A DNA stretch of 64,000 nucleotides from an uncultured Gemmatimonadaceae bacterium (lineage in GTDB: Bacteria > Gemmatimonadota > Gemmatimonadetes > Gemmatimonadales > Gemmatimonadaceae). The stretch lies in contig CAWFQK010000004.1 of the NCBI GenBank assembly GCA_963817955.1, positions 192,001 to 256,000 of the forward strand. The letters are read 5' to 3'. Of this stretch, positions 29,705-40,908 are shown one piece after another. Below the pieces are notes generated by a model. The model had not been told where the DNA came from. It searched no databases and saw only the letters and a list, made by a program, of their open reading frames with translations. How positions within the stretch are numbered: the first letter of the stretch is position 1; every line of letters starts with the position of its first letter. A program made the translations under genes and the position numbers.

Positions 29705-31128
29705 TAGCAATCCTCGCTCCGATTCTCGTGTTCGGTCTCGTGATCTTCGTACACGAGTTCGGCCACTTCCTTGCCGCCAAGGCCGTTGGCGTGTACGCGC
29801 CGCGGTTCTCGATTGGTTTCGGTCCATCCATCTTCCGTTTTCGACGAGGCGAGACTGAGTACGTCCTCGCTTGGCTGCCGCTTGGCGGATACGTACGAAT
29901 GGCATCGCGGCATGACGCCGAGACCGCCTTCCTCGAGGGCGGATCGGAGGAGGAAACGGCTAAGGCGGAGACAGATACCGGTTACGATCCCGATGCGATG
30001 ATTCCGTTCGGGCCCAAGCCGGTGCCTGAGGACCGCTGGTTCGAGAGTAAACCGCTCTGGGCGCGGATCGTCATCATGATTGCTGGCGTGGTGATGAACG
30101 TGCTGCTTGCTGTCGTCGTCGCGGTCGCGCTGGCGTTCCACTATGGAAAGGTCGTCTATCCGTCGACGGTGGTCGGGACCGTACGTGTACCCGCGGCCGC
30201 CCCGGAGCTGGCGAATCTTCAGCTGGGCGATACGATCCGCGCGGTGAACGGCACCGCGGTCCATAGCTGGAACGAGGTTCAGAAGCAGATTGTCAACAGC
30301 GATCAAGCTGTCGACATCACGACCCAGCGCGGCAGCGTGCACGTGCCGCTCGTCAGGGGTCTGACCGCCGACGCCGTCGCGAGCGCCATCGCGTACTACA
30401 TATCGCCGGTGATCGATACGATCTTTGCCGGAGATCCCGCGGCGGTCGCCGGATTTCAGCGCGGCGATTCAATCGTGAGCGTCGAGGGCAAGCCCGTCCG
30501 GTCCTGGGCGGACATGGTGCAACAGGTGAGTGGATCGGCCGGTCGCCCGTTGACGTTCGTCGTTCAACGCAGTGGGGAGCCGCAGACCCTGACGGTGACG
30601 CCGAAGGCGGTACAGGAGCCCGATCCCCAAACCGGCGAGCCGCGCACGGTGGGAAAGATCGGTGCGGGGGCGAGGGACCTGTCGCGTCACGAGACTCTCG
30701 GGGTGGGCGAGTCGATCGCTGCGGGCGCTCGGATCACGCTGGCGAACGCCGGCGCAGTGTTCAAGGTCCTACACGATATCGGTGTGGGCACCGTGTCCGT
30801 GAAGCAGCTTGGCGGGCCGATCGCCATCACGCGTGCATCGGTGAGCGCCGCGAGGAATGGCATTGACGAACTGTTCTATCTCATTGCATTGTTGAGTATT
30901 AACGTCGCTGTGCTCAACCTGCTTCCCATCCCCATTCTGGATGGCGGGCAAATTCTGATCAACATCCTCGAGTCCGCGAAAGGCAGCCCGTTCAGCTTGC
31001 GAACCCGAGAGTATATCCTGCGTTTTGGGCTATTCGCGATTCTGCTGCTGTTCATGATCGTGATGTACAACGACACGCGCGGCGGATTCGTGAAGTTGTT
31101 CGGGTGGGTAGGGAAGCTGTTTGGGTGA
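29701..31128 (+). CDS. rseP: RIP metalloprotease RseP
   Basis: HEFGH, PDZ domains, NLLPIPILDGG. Confidence 0.95.
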   Translation: MIAILAPILVFGLVIFVHEFGHFLAAKAVGVYAPRFSIGFGPSIFRFRRGETEYVLAWLPLGGYVRMASRHDAETAFLEGGSEEETAKAETDTGYDPDAMIPFGPKPVPEDRWFESKPLWARIVIMIAGVVMNVLLAVVVAVALAFHYGKVVYPSTVVGTVRVPAAAPELANLQLGDTIRAVNGTAVHSWNEVQKQIVNSDQAVDITTQRGSVHVPLVRGLTADAVASAIAYYISPVIDTIFAGDPAAVAGFQRGDSIVSVEGKPVRSWADMVQQVSGSAGRPLTFVVQRSGEPQTLTVTPKAVQEPDPQTGEPRTVGKIGAGARDLSRHETLGVGESIAAGARITLANAGAVFKVLHDIGVGTVSVKQLGGPIAITRASVSAARNGIDELFYLIALLSINVAVLNLLPIPILDGGQILINILESAKGSPFSLRTREYILRFGLFAILLLFMIVMYNDTRGGFVKLFGWVGKLFG

Positions 31129-31229
31129 GCCTAAGTCTCCCCTTTACTTCAGCTTAGAAACAAGTTACGCTTCTGAGCTATCATACAATTGACAACGAAC
31201 ACCGCCGATCGGCCGGGAATTTCCTGCAC

Positions 31230-31490
31230 ATGGCTTTCGACAACACCAGCACCATCGAGAAGTACCGAACGCACGAGACCGACAGCGGCTCGACTCGCGT
31301 TCAGATCGCGCTCCTCAGCGAGCGCATCAAATATCTGACGGATCACTTCCGGACCCATAAGAAGGACCACCACGGTCGTCTTGGGCTCCTGAAGATGAAC
31401 GGCAAGCGTCGCCGGCTGCTCAACTATTTGAAGCGCACCGACGTCGGCGGTTACCGCCAGATCATCAAGGAACTGGGCTTACGGTACTAG
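31230..31490 (+). CDS. rpsO: 30S ribosomal protein S15
   Basis: [26 protein letters not shown]. Confidence 0.97.
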   Translation: MAFDNTSTIEKYRTHETDSGSTRVQIALLSERIKYLTDHFRTHKKDHHGRLGLLKMNGKRRRLLNYLKRTDVGGYRQIIKELGLRY

Positions 31491-31575
31491 GCCAGAGCCG
31501 AGCAGCATCGCGCGGGCGCAACAGTTGCGGCCCGCGCGTTTTGTATTCCCCTACAGCCATTTTCAGGCACAAGCA

Positions 31576-33798
31576 ATGATGCAACGCGTTGAGAAGACGT
31601 TTGCCGGGCGCAAGCTCGTCATCGAGACGGGCCGTATGGCCAAGCAGGCAGCCGGATCCGCCGTCGTCCAATTCGGCGACACGGTCGTCATGGCCGCCGT
31701 CACGGTAAGCGACAAGCAGAGCCCGCTGCCCTTCTTTCCTCTCACGGTCGAATACCGCGAGCGCACGTACGCGGCCGGCAAGATTCCCGGCGGCTACATC
31801 AAGCGTGAAGGACGTCCGAGCGATGCCGAGATTCTCTCGGCGCGCATCATCGATCGGTCCATCCGTCCGCTCTTTCCGGAAGGCTTCAAGAACGAGATTC
31901 AGGTCTTCGTCTACGTCGTGTCGACGGACCAGGAGAATGGTGCTGACGTCCTCGCGCTGATCGCCGCGTCCTTCGCCCTCAACGCATCGAAGATTCCGTT
32001 CTCCACGCCAATCGCTGGCGTCCGCATCGGACGCATTCAGGAAAAGTGGGTGCTCAACCCCACGTTCCAGCAGCTCGCTTACAGCGACATGGACATCGTC
32101 GTTGCCGGCTCTGCGGACTCGATCCTCATGGTCGAAGGCGGAGCGATCGAGGTGCAGGAAGATGATATCGTCGAAGGGCTGACAGTGGCGCAGAAGGGTA
32201 TTCGCGAGCTCGTCGCCGCCCAGGAAGAGCTGCTCAAGCAGATGGACGACCGGCCGGCCAAGATGGAGTGGACGAAGGCCGAGGTGCCCGAGGATCTCCA
32301 GGTTCAGGTCAAGAAGCTCGCGGAAGGCAAGATTCGCGAGGCGCTGAACCAGAAGGACAAGCACACGCGCATCCAGTCCGTCGAACGGGTGAAGACGGAG
32401 CTGGCCGAGGGCTTGTTGGCTGACTTCCCGGATGCCGACAAGGACATCCACATGCTGCTCGGCGACGTCGAGTACCACCAGCTTCGCGCCCAGGTGCTCG
32501 ACACCGGCCACCGCGTGGACGGGCGTACGTCGAACGAAGTTCGGCCGATCACTATCGACATGGGCCTGCTGCCTCGCGCGCATGGCTCGTCGTTGTTCAC
32601 GCGCGGCCAGACGCAGGCGCTCGTCGCCGCGACCCTCGGCACGGCGAATGACGTTCAGCGCCTCGATACGATCAACGAGCCGCAGGAAACGACCAAGTCG
32701 TTCATGCTGCACTACAATTTCCCGCCGTTCTCGACGGGTGAAGTTCGCCCGATGCGCGGCACGTCACGTCGTGAGATCGGCCACGGGAATCTGGCCGAGC
32801 GCGCGCTCCAGGCGGTGCTTCCGGCGTTCGAGGAGTTCCCGTACACCATTCGCATCGTGTCGGATATCCTCGAGTCGAACGGCTCCTCCTCGATGGCCTC
32901 GGTGTGCGGCGGTTCGCTGGCGCTGTTCGATGCCGGTGTCCCGATGCGCGCCGCCGTTGCTGGTGTCGCAATGGGCCTGATCAAGGAAGGAAAGAAGTAC
33001 GCGGTCCTCACCGACATCCTTGGCACCGAGGATCACCTCGGCGACATGGACTTCAAGGTTGCGGGCACGCGCAACGGCATCACGTCCATTCAGATGGACA
33101 TCAAGGTTGAGGGACTCGACCTCAAGATCATGGCCGAAGCATTGGCGCAGGCGAAGGACGGCCGGCTGCACATTCTCGGCGAGATGGAGAAGGCGCTGTC
33201 CACGCCACGCAGCGACCTGTCGCCGTTTGCGCCGCGGATCGTGACCGTGCAGATCAGCCCGGAGAAGATCGGAGACCTCATCGGCCCGAAGGGCAAGACC
33301 ATTCGCGGTATTCAGGACGAGACGGGCGCCGAACTCATGGTCGACGACTCGGGTCTCGTGACGATCGCCGCAGTTGGTGGCGAAGCGATGGAGCGTGCCC
33401 GTCAGATGGTGCAGGCGCTCACGGCCGAGCCGATTGTTGGCGAGACGTACGAAGGCATGGTGAAGACGACGACGCCGTTCGGCGCGTTCGTGGAGATCAT
33501 GCCCGGCACCGAAGGCCTCGTGCACATTTCCGAGATGCGCCACGAACGCACGGAGAAGACCGAGGACGTCGTGAAGAAGGGCGATCGGGTGAAGGTGAAG
33601 TTGATCGACCGCGACGAACGTGGACGTCTTCGCCTCTCGATGAAGGCGTTGCTCCCGCGTCCGGAAGGCATGCCGGAGCCGGAAAACGACGGTGTGAGCG
33701 AGGGTGGTGAAGGTGGAGAGCGTCCGCGCCGCGAGCGCAGCGAGGGCGACCGTCCGCGTCGCGGTGGTCGTGGCGGCGGAGAGCGCTCGCGTCGATAG
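31576..33798 (+). CDS. pnp: polyribonucleotide nucleotidyltransferase
   Basis: ETGRMAKQA, FTRGQTQ, ESNGSSSMASVC, DMDFKVAG, KH and S1 domains. Confidence 0.98.
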   Translation: MMQRVEKTFAGRKLVIETGRMAKQAAGSAVVQFGDTVVMAAVTVSDKQSPLPFFPLTVEYRERTYAAGKIPGGYIKREGRPSDAEILSARIIDRSIRPLFPEGFKNEIQVFVYVVSTDQENGADVLALIAASFALNASKIPFSTPIAGVRIGRIQEKWVLNPTFQQLAYSDMDIVVAGSADSILMVEGGAIEVQEDDIVEGLTVAQKGIRELVAAQEELLKQMDDRPAKMEWTKAEVPEDLQVQVKKLAEGKIREALNQKDKHTRIQSVERVKTELAEGLLADFPDADKDIHMLLGDVEYHQLRAQVLDTGHRVDGRTSNEVRPITIDMGLLPRAHGSSLFTRGQTQALVAATLGTANDVQRLDTINEPQETTKSFMLHYNFPPFSTGEVRPMRGTSRREIGHGNLAERALQAVLPAFEEFPYTIRIVSDILESNGSSSMASVCGGSLALFDAGVPMRAAVAGVAMGLIKEGKKYAVLTDILGTEDHLGDMDFKVAGTRNGITSIQMDIKVEGLDLKIMAEALAQAKDGRLHILGEMEKALSTPRSDLSPFAPRIVTVQISPEKIGDLIGPKGKTIRGIQDETGAELMVDDSGLVTIAAVGGEAMERARQMVQALTAEPIVGETYEGMVKTTTPFGAFVEIMPGTEGLVHISEMRHERTEKTEDVVKKGDRVKVKLIDRDERGRLRLSMKALLPRPEGMPEPENDGVSEGGEGGERPRRERSEGDRPRRGGRGGGERSRR

Positions 33799-35042
33799 TG
33801 TCCGATCTTCGTAGAACCGTTTTCCCGAATGGACTGACCGTACTCTCGGAGCACATGCCGGGAGTGCGGTCGGTTGCGTTCGGGGCGTGGGTCCGCGCCG
33901 CGTCGCTGCATGAGCCGCGCGATCGGATGGGCGTGTCGCATCTGCTCGAGCACATGGTCTTCAAGGGCACGGAGCGGCGCAGTGCGCATCAGATCGCGCT
34001 CTCCCTCGAGGCGCTCGGTGGATCGCTCGACGCGTACACCTCGCGAGAGCATACGGTGTATCAGGGGCGCGTCCTCGACGAGCATCTGCTCGAAGCCGCG
34101 GACGTGATTGGCGACATCGTCTTCCGTCCCACGCTGCGCGACACCGATCTGGCGCTCGAACGCAAGGTGATTCTCGAAGAAATTGCCATGGTCGACGACA
34201 CGCCGGATGATCTCGTATTCGAGCTGCACAACGAGATCCTGTGGGGCGATCACCCCTACGGCTACTCCATCCTTGGCACGCGGGACACCGTGACATCGCT
34301 CGGGGTGGCCGATCTCCGCGATCTTCACGCGCGCGCGTATCACCCGGGTCATCTCGTGGTGGCAGCGAGCGGCAACGTGGAGCACGAGCAGTTGCTCGAT
34401 GTGCTGGCGCGCACCGGGTGGGTCGACGCGGCGGGCGGCGATCCCGCGCCCCTCGTCTTGCTGCCGCCGCATACCGCGGCGCCGACCTCGCGTCACGTGA
34501 TGCGAGAGGGTGCCCAGACGCACATCGTCGTCGGCACCACGGCTCCGGCGCATGGCGACGCGCGTCGTTTTCCGCTGCTGCTTCTCAGCATGCTGCTGGG
34601 CGGCGGCATGAGTTCGCGGCTGTTCCAGCGCGTGCGCGAGGAGCTCGGGTTGGCGTACGCGGTGTACACGTACCAGTCGTTTCATGCCGATAGTGGCATG
34701 CATGGTGTGTACGTGGCGACGGCACCCGACTCGGCGAGTGCCGCGCTGGATGCCATTCGCCGCGAACTCCGCGAGGTCGTGGCGAATGGCTTGCCCGCCG
34801 CGGAGATCGCGATGGGCCGGCAACAGCTGAAAGGCCAGGTCACGCTGTCGCTCGAGGGTGTTTCGTCGCGCATGTACCGCGCGGCGTCGGTGGAGCTGTA
34901 CGGTGAGCCGTATCGCACGCTCGACCAGCTGCTCGCGCTCATCGACGAGATTACCGAGGAGGACGTGGCGCGCGTGGCCGCCGAATTCTTCGATCCCGGC
35001 CAGATGACGGTCGTGAGTCTGGGCCCCGTAGCGGCAGAGTGA
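33798..35042 (+). CDS. M16 family (pitrilysin-like) peptidase
   Basis: HLLEHMVFKGT (HxxEH), LGGGMSSRLFQ.VREE.GLAY. Confidence 0.93.
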   Translation: MSDLRRTVFPNGLTVLSEHMPGVRSVAFGAWVRAASLHEPRDRMGVSHLLEHMVFKGTERRSAHQIALSLEALGGSLDAYTSREHTVYQGRVLDEHLLEAADVIGDIVFRPTLRDTDLALERKVILEEIAMVDDTPDDLVFELHNEILWGDHPYGYSILGTRDTVTSLGVADLRDLHARAYHPGHLVVAASGNVEHEQLLDVLARTGWVDAAGGDPAPLVLLPPHTAAPTSRHVMREGAQTHIVVGTTAPAHGDARRFPLLLLSMLLGGGMSSRLFQRVREELGLAYAVYTYQSFHADSGMHGVYVATAPDSASAALDAIRRELREVVANGLPAAEIAMGRQQLKGQVTLSLEGVSSRMYRAASVELYGEPYRTLDQLLALIDEITEEDVARVAAEFFDPGQMTVVSLGPVAAE

Positions 35043-35106
35043 GGCCGGCCCGATTACCTTCCAAGCGCAATCGCAGCAAATCCATTCCCCCAAATCTGCG
35101 ACGACA

Positions 35107-36225
35107 ATGAAGATCGGCGTCCCTAAAGAGATCAAGACAAACGAAAACCGGATCGCGCTCGTACCTGCCGGTGCTGAAGCGCTCGTCGGTGCAGGACATT
35201 CCGTACGCATCGAAACCGGCGCTGGACTCGGCAGCGGGTTCCCGGACGAGGCGTTCACGGCCGTCGGTGCGACGATCGCAGCCGACGCCGCGACGGTCTG
35301 GAAAGACAGTGACATGATCATGAAGGTGAAAGAGCCCATTGGGCAGGAATGGCCGCACATGCGGTGCGGTCAGCTCATCTTCACGTACTTCCATTTCGCC
35401 GCCGACGAGAAGCTGACGAAGGCGCATATGGCGAGTGGCGCGACCTGCGTGGCGTACGAGACCGTCGAGCTGCCGAGCCGAGAACTGCCCCTGCTCACGC
35501 CGATGTCCGAAGTGGCCGGCCGCATGGCAGTGCAGGAAGGTGCGAAGTACCTCGAGAAGCTGTACGGCGGCCGCGGCGTGCTGCTCGGCGGCGTACCGGG
35601 TGTCGCGCCGGCCAAAGTCGTCATTCTCGGCGGCGGCATTGTTGGCATCAACGCCGCGAAGATGGCGGCGGGTATGGGCGCGAAGGTCACGATCATCGAC
35701 ATGTCGCTGGAACGCCTGCGGTACCTGTCAGACGTCATGCCGGCGAACTGCATCATGATCCACTCGAACCGGCACAACATTCTCGAGCAGATCACCACGG
35801 CGGACCTCGTTGTCGGTGGCGTGTTGATCACCGGTGCCAAGGCGCCCAAGCTCATTCGTCGGGAAGACCTCAAGCTCATGCAGCCCGGCTCGGTGATTGT
35901 GGACGTCGCCATCGATCAGGGCGGTTGCGTGGAGACGATCCATGCGACGACCCACGAGAATCCGACTTATGTGGTGGACGGCATCATCCACTACGGCGTG
36001 GCCAACATGCCTGGTGGCGTGCCGCGCACGTCCACCCTGGCGCTGACCAACGCGACGTTGCCGTACGCCCTCCAGCTGGCGAACAAGGGATGGAAGAAGG
36101 CGCTGCGCGAGAACCCGGCGCTGCTCAAGGGTCTCAACATGACCGAAGGGCACGTGACCTATCCGGGTGTGGCCCAAGCGTTCGGCATGGAGTGTGAGGA
36201 CCCGGCGACGTTTATCGTGGCGTAG
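35107..36225 (+). CDS. ald: alanine dehydrogenase
   Basis: IGVPKEIK, PMSEVAGR, DVAIDQGG, VANMPG.VPRTST. Confidence 0.97.
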   Translation: MKIGVPKEIKTNENRIALVPAGAEALVGAGHSVRIETGAGLGSGFPDEAFTAVGATIAADAATVWKDSDMIMKVKEPIGQEWPHMRCGQLIFTYFHFAADEKLTKAHMASGATCVAYETVELPSRELPLLTPMSEVAGRMAVQEGAKYLEKLYGGRGVLLGGVPGVAPAKVVILGGGIVGINAAKMAAGMGAKVTIIDMSLERLRYLSDVMPANCIMIHSNRHNILEQITTADLVVGGVLITGAKAPKLIRREDLKLMQPGSVIVDVAIDQGGCVETIHATTHENPTYVVDGIIHYGVANMPGGVPRTSTLALTNATLPYALQLANKGWKKALRENPALLKGLNMTEGHVTYPGVAQAFGMECEDPATFIVA

Positions 36226-36245
36226 GGTCTGCGGTAGGGGTTACT

Positions 36246-36283
36246 GGGATGGGCGTTCGGGCTGCCGAACGCTCATCCATTTC
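36246..36283 (+). terminator. hairpin/terminator after ald
   Basis: GGATGGGCGTTCGG..CCGAACGCTCATCC followed by ATTT. Confidence 0.6.
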
Positions 36284-36423
36284 CTCGCTCCCATCGCGTA
36301 TCTTAGGTTCCCTCAATATCTTGTAGTGACGGGACGGCCTCTCTAGCTCCCCGTGTTTGACCGGTGTGGGCAGGTGTTGATGCGCCGGATTTCTTGGGCT
36401 CTGCGACGATTCTCCAGGACTGG

Positions 36424-37464
36424 ATGCGCTGGCCAGCTTTCATGAAGACGGGGGCGTTGTTCCCCGCAAACGCAATCGGTGTCGATCTCGGCACCGCGAA
36501 CACCCTCATCTATGTGAAGGGTGAGGGGATCGTCCTGAACGAGCCCTCCGTGGTCGCGATCGATCGCGAAACAAAAAAGATCAAAGGCGTCGGGCTCGAA
36601 GCGAAGCGGATGATCGGCCGCACGCCGGAAGGCGTGATCGCGGTGCGGCCGATGAAGGACGGCGTGATCGCCGACTTCGACGTGACCGAGAAGATGCTGC
36701 GCTACTTCCTGACGCTGATCATCGAGAACCACGTGTTCAAGGTGAAGCCACGCGTCATCGTGTGCGTGCCGTCGGGCATTACAGAAGTCGAAAAGCGCGC
36801 CGTGCGCGATTCGGCACTCGGGGCGGGCGCCAAGGAAGTCTTCATGGTCGCGGAACCCATGGCGGCGGCGATCGGCGTCGGTCTGCCGGTCGAGACGCCG
36901 ACGGGCAACATGGTGATCGACATCGGCGGCGGCACGACGGAGATCGCGGTCATCGCGCTGTCGGGCATCGTCAGCGACACCTCCATCCGGACCGGCGGTG
37001 ACGAGCTCGATACGTCGATCGTGCAGTTCATGCGCAAGAATTACAATCTGCTCATCGGCGAACCGACGGCCGAGCAGATCAAGATCAACATCGGCTCCGC
37101 GGCACCGGTCGGCGATGAGCGCGAGATGGAAGTGAAGGGACGCGACCTCGTGTCTGGCATTCCGAAGACCGTGCGCATCCACTCCACGGAGATCCGAGAG
37201 GCCATTCAGGAGCCGATCCAACAGATCGTGGACGCGGTGCGCCGCGCGCTGGAAATCACTCCCCCGGAACTGGCAAGCGACATCGTCGACCGCGGCATCG
37301 TCATGACTGGCGGTGGTGCACTCATTCGTGGACTCGACCTGCTGCTGAGCCAGGAAACGAGCCTGCCCATCCACGTCGACGAGGATCCGCTCACCTGCGT
37401 CGTCCGCGGTACGGGCCGGATACTCGACGACGAAGAGAAATACTGGTCGGTCCTCAGCACGTGA
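36424..37464 (+). CDS. mreB: rod shape-determining protein MreB (start approximate)
   Basis: [31 protein letters not shown]. Confidence 0.97.
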   Translation: MRWPAFMKTGALFPANAIGVDLGTANTLIYVKGEGIVLNEPSVVAIDRETKKIKGVGLEAKRMIGRTPEGVIAVRPMKDGVIADFDVTEKMLRYFLTLIIENHVFKVKPRVIVCVPSGITEVEKRAVRDSALGAGAKEVFMVAEPMAAAIGVGLPVETPTGNMVIDIGGGTTEIAVIALSGIVSDTSIRTGGDELDTSIVQFMRKNYNLLIGEPTAEQIKINIGSAAPVGDEREMEVKGRDLVSGIPKTVRIHSTEIREAIQEPIQQIVDAVRRALEITPPELASDIVDRGIVMTGGGALIRGLDLLLSQETSLPIHVDEDPLTCVVRGTGRILDDEEKYWSVLST

Positions 37465-37472
37465 GGTAGTCG

Positions 37473-38636
37473 TTGGCCACCGCAGCACGTCTCGGAAGCC
37501 GCATCGACGCCAGCCTGCTGGTCGGCTGCGTCGTCTTGTCTCTCATCGCGATCGTGCTGCCCGCGGACGATCGCGACCCTGTTGCCAGCGCGCTCAGGCG
37601 TTCGATCGTGGCTCCGCTCGTCACGCTGCAGCGCGGAGCCGAGCGTTGGCGCACGGCGTGGGTGTCGAGCGAGCAACGGCAGCGCTCCACGGACTCGGTG
37701 TCCATGCGGGCGATCAAGGCCCAAGCGCTCGAGGTGGAGAACGATCAGCTCCGGAAGGTCATCGGTCTCGGGACGCGCCTCCAATGGGGCTTCGTGCCGG
37801 CGGAGGCACTCCACAGCACGGTACCGAGTGAGGACGTGGTGACGACGATGACGCTCACCGCCGGCTCTACCGCGGGCATCCAGCAGTACAGCCCCGTCGT
37901 CGCGCCAGAAGGGCTCGTGGGAACCATTTACAAGGCCGATCCCACGATGAGTATCGTGATCCTCTACACCAACCCGGACTTCCGGGCGAGCGCGATGTCT
38001 GCCGACGGCACGGCTTTCGGCATCGTCTATCCACATCCGGCCCGCGTCACGGGCGGCGACGCGTACATGTTGGAGCTCCGTGGCGTGCCGACGCGCGTCC
38101 AGCTCAAACCCGGCACGTTGATCTTCACCTCCGGCCTGGGTGGCACCTTCCCACGCGGTATCACCGTCGGCAGTGTCGTGCAGGAGATCAAGACGAGCGA
38201 AGTCTGGACCCGCACGTATCTGGTTCGTCCTGCCGTCACGCCGTCGCACATTACATCTGTGATGGTGCTTACCGCACAGCGCGTGACGCAAGGGACGGGC
38301 AACGTGTGGGGGGGAGCTACCGTGAACTCCGACTCGGCGACCAAGCGGATTGTAGCGGTCGGCGATTCGCTGGCGCGTCAAGCGGCGGCGCTCGAGGCCC
38401 AGGCGCGGCTAGCCACATTGGATTCGGTGCGCAGAGTGACGATCGATTCCATGCGGCGCGCCCTTGGTGTGCCGCCAGCGGTGCTAGCGCCCGCTGATAG
38501 CGCATCACAGCGCCGCGGTCCGGTCGTACCCAACCGAACGGCACCAGTCGTGCGTGATACAACCCCGCTCCGTCGCCCGGCGGTCCCGCGGCGAGACTCC
38601 ATTCGTCCTGACCCCACTCGACCGCCTCGCCCATGA
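37473..38636 (+). CDS. mreC: rod shape-determining protein MreC
   Basis: TM segment, coiled coil ENDQLR, GLVG, TSGLGGTFPRGI; operon context. Confidence 0.92.
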   Translation: MATAARLGSRIDASLLVGCVVLSLIAIVLPADDRDPVASALRRSIVAPLVTLQRGAERWRTAWVSSEQRQRSTDSVSMRAIKAQALEVENDQLRKVIGLGTRLQWGFVPAEALHSTVPSEDVVTTMTLTAGSTAGIQQYSPVVAPEGLVGTIYKADPTMSIVILYTNPDFRASAMSADGTAFGIVYPHPARVTGGDAYMLELRGVPTRVQLKPGTLIFTSGLGGTFPRGITVGSVVQEIKTSEVWTRTYLVRPAVTPSHITSVMVLTAQRVTQGTGNVWGGATVNSDSATKRIVAVGDSLARQAAALEAQARLATLDSVRRVTIDSMRRALGVPPAVLAPADSASQRRGPVVPNRTAPVVRDTTPLRRPAVPRRDSIRPDPTRPPRP

Positions 38637-39121
38637 ATTGGACCGGCGCCGTGCGGACGTTCATCGTCTGCGCGATCTTGATCGTGCTGCATTACACCTT
38701 GCGTCCGTTGCTCGCGTGGCGGGCATCGATCGATTTTCTCGTTGTCGCGCTGTTGCTCGGCGCGGTTCGAATGCGGCCGGGTGCCGCCGCCATATACGGC
38801 TTTCTGCTCGGACTGGTGTCTGATTCACTCGCCGTGTCCGGATTCGGCGCGGCCGCGCTCGGCATGTGTATCGTCGGATTCTCGGCGTCCTGGTTGAAGG
38901 CTGTCTTTTTCGCGGACAACCTGGCGTTGAACGGGTTCTTTTTGTTTCTCGCCAAGTGGCTGTTCGATCTGATCTTTCTGCTCGTGGGGCACCGCGCGCA
39001 CGGCGGTGAGCTCCTGATGCAGATCTTCGTCTGGTCCCCGCTCTCGGCAGCGGTGACGGCGGTGGCCGGCGTGATCGCGTTGTCGTTACTGAAACCGCTG
39101 ATGGAAGTGCGAACGGCGTGA
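38633..39121 (+). CDS. mreD: rod shape-determining protein MreD
   Basis: Small polytopic protein with GF..GL..D motif between mreC and mrdA. Confidence 0.88.
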   Translation: MNWTGAVRTFIVCAILIVLHYTLRPLLAWRASIDFLVVALLLGAVRMRPGAAAIYGFLLGLVSDSLAVSGFGAAALGMCIVGFSASWLKAVFFADNLALNGFFLFLAKWLFDLIFLLVGHRAHGGELLMQIFVWSPLSAAVTAVAGVIALSLLKPLMEVRTA

Positions 39122-40908
39122 GCTTTCACCCGAACGATGTCGTCCGGCGCGGGCGTGCGGCAAGTATCATCGTCGCCGGCGTGATCGTGTTTCTCCTCAG
39201 CGCGTTCTTCCGCGCCCAGGTGATGAAGAACGATGTCTACACGCTCCAATCGGAGGAGAATCGGCTGCGGCAGATCCCGACGGCGGCGCCGCGGGGCGTC
39301 ATTCTGGACCGCAACAACAAGCCGATTGCCGAGAACGTCGTAGGGTATTCGGTGGCGCTGCTGGCGCAGTCCGAGGATTCGCTCCGCGCCACGCTCAACC
39401 GGTTGCGCGGAACGATCAATTTGACCAATCGGCAGTTTGATGGTGCGGTCAGGAACTTCCGACGCGATCGCACGCGTCCAACGGTGATCGTGCAGGACGC
39501 GTCGTTCGACGTGGTGTCGGTCCTCGAGGAGCATCGCATCGAGTACCCGAATCTCATCATTCAGTCGGCGCCCAAGCGGATCTATCCGGACGGGGAGGCG
39601 GTGGGCGCGTTCGTCGGCTTCATCAGCGAGATCAACGAGGGCGAGCTGGCCAGTCTTGCCTCCGCAGGCTACAAGGCTGGCCAGCTCATCGGAAAGGGTG
39701 GCCTCGAGAAGCAATACGAGCAACAGCTGCGTGGTCGCGAGGGCGTGCAATTCGTCGAAGTCGATGCCCGCAACCGCATCGTGCAAAATGGGCGTGCACG
39801 TGAGGCGATCACCCCGCAGGAAGGCCCGCCGCTGTACACCAACATCGATCTGGATCTGCAGGAGTACATCCACTCGCTGTTCGCCGACACGTTGTCTGGA
39901 GCGGTGGTGGCCATGGTGCCGCAGACCGGCGAGGTGCGCGCGCTCTACAGCTCGCCAGCGATCGATCCCAATCGATTCGTTGGCGGCGTGCCCGCCTCGT
40001 ACTACGACTCGTTGCAAAACGATCCGCGGAAACCGTTGTACAACAAGGCGCTGCAAGCGCAACAGCCGCCGGGGTCCACGTTCAAGCTGGCGACGTCGGT
40101 GATTGCGCTCGAGGACAGTCTGGTCACCTTCAATGACCATATGCCGGAACCGTGCAACGGTTACTACTATTTTGGCAATCGGGTGTGGCACTGCTGGAAG
40201 AAGGAGGGACATGGTAGCCTCAACCTCAGTGGCGCCATCGCGCAATCCTGCGACGTCTACTTCTATCAACTCGGACAGAGGATCGGGTTGAGCCGTCTCA
40301 TTGCCGGCGGCGTCTCGCTCGGGTTCGACAAGCGGACGGGAATCGACTTGCCGGAGGAGAAGCGGCCGATCTTCCCGTCAACTCCCGAGTACTTCAATCA
40401 GAAATATGGTCCGCGCGGGTGGACCGCGGGATCGACCATTCTCAACCTCGCCATTGGCCAGGGTGAGAATTCGCAAACGGTGATCAACATGGCGCGCTTC
40501 TACAGCGCGCTTGCCACCGACGGCTCCGAGCCGACGCCGATGCTCAAACGCGGCCAGCCGCAGCGGCGCAAGAGCATCGATCTGTCGCCCGATCAGCTCG
40601 TGCAGCTACGCAAGGCGATGATGGGTGTCGTCGCCGCCGGCGGCACGGCCGCTGGCGCAATGATCAGTGGAGTGAACGTTGCCGGCAAGACTGGCACCGC
40701 CCAGACGATGCGCTACGCGAAGAACGGCAAGCCAACCTATTATGCGTGGTTCGCCGGCATGGCGCCGGCAGACAATCCACAGATCGTGGTCATCGTCATG
40801 GTGCCAGACGTGACATTCGAAGGGGCGACTTCGGCGCTCTACGCAACGAAGATCATCGCGCATTACCTGCACGTGAAGGTCGCGAACACCATCGAGAATA
40901 CCGGCTGA
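39118..40908 (+). CDS. mrdA: penicillin-binding protein 2
   Basis: APRG.ILDRN, PGSTFK (SxxK), SCDVYFY, KTGTAQ. Confidence 0.95.
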   Translation: MSFHPNDVVRRGRAASIIVAGVIVFLLSAFFRAQVMKNDVYTLQSEENRLRQIPTAAPRGVILDRNNKPIAENVVGYSVALLAQSEDSLRATLNRLRGTINLTNRQFDGAVRNFRRDRTRPTVIVQDASFDVVSVLEEHRIEYPNLIIQSAPKRIYPDGEAVGAFVGFISEINEGELASLASAGYKAGQLIGKGGLEKQYEQQLRGREGVQFVEVDARNRIVQNGRAREAITPQEGPPLYTNIDLDLQEYIHSLFADTLSGAVVAMVPQTGEVRALYSSPAIDPNRFVGGVPASYYDSLQNDPRKPLYNKALQAQQPPGSTFKLATSVIALEDSLVTFNDHMPEPCNGYYYFGNRVWHCWKKEGHGSLNLSGAIAQSCDVYFYQLGQRIGLSRLIAGGVSLGFDKRTGIDLPEEKRPIFPSTPEYFNQKYGPRGWTAGSTILNLAIGQGENSQTVINMARFYSALATDGSEPTPMLKRGQPQRRKSIDLSPDQLVQLRKAMMGVVAAGGTAAGAMISGVNVAGKTGTAQTMRYAKNGKPTYYAWFAGMAPADNPQIVVIVMVPDVTFEGATSALYATKIIAHYLHVKVANTIENTG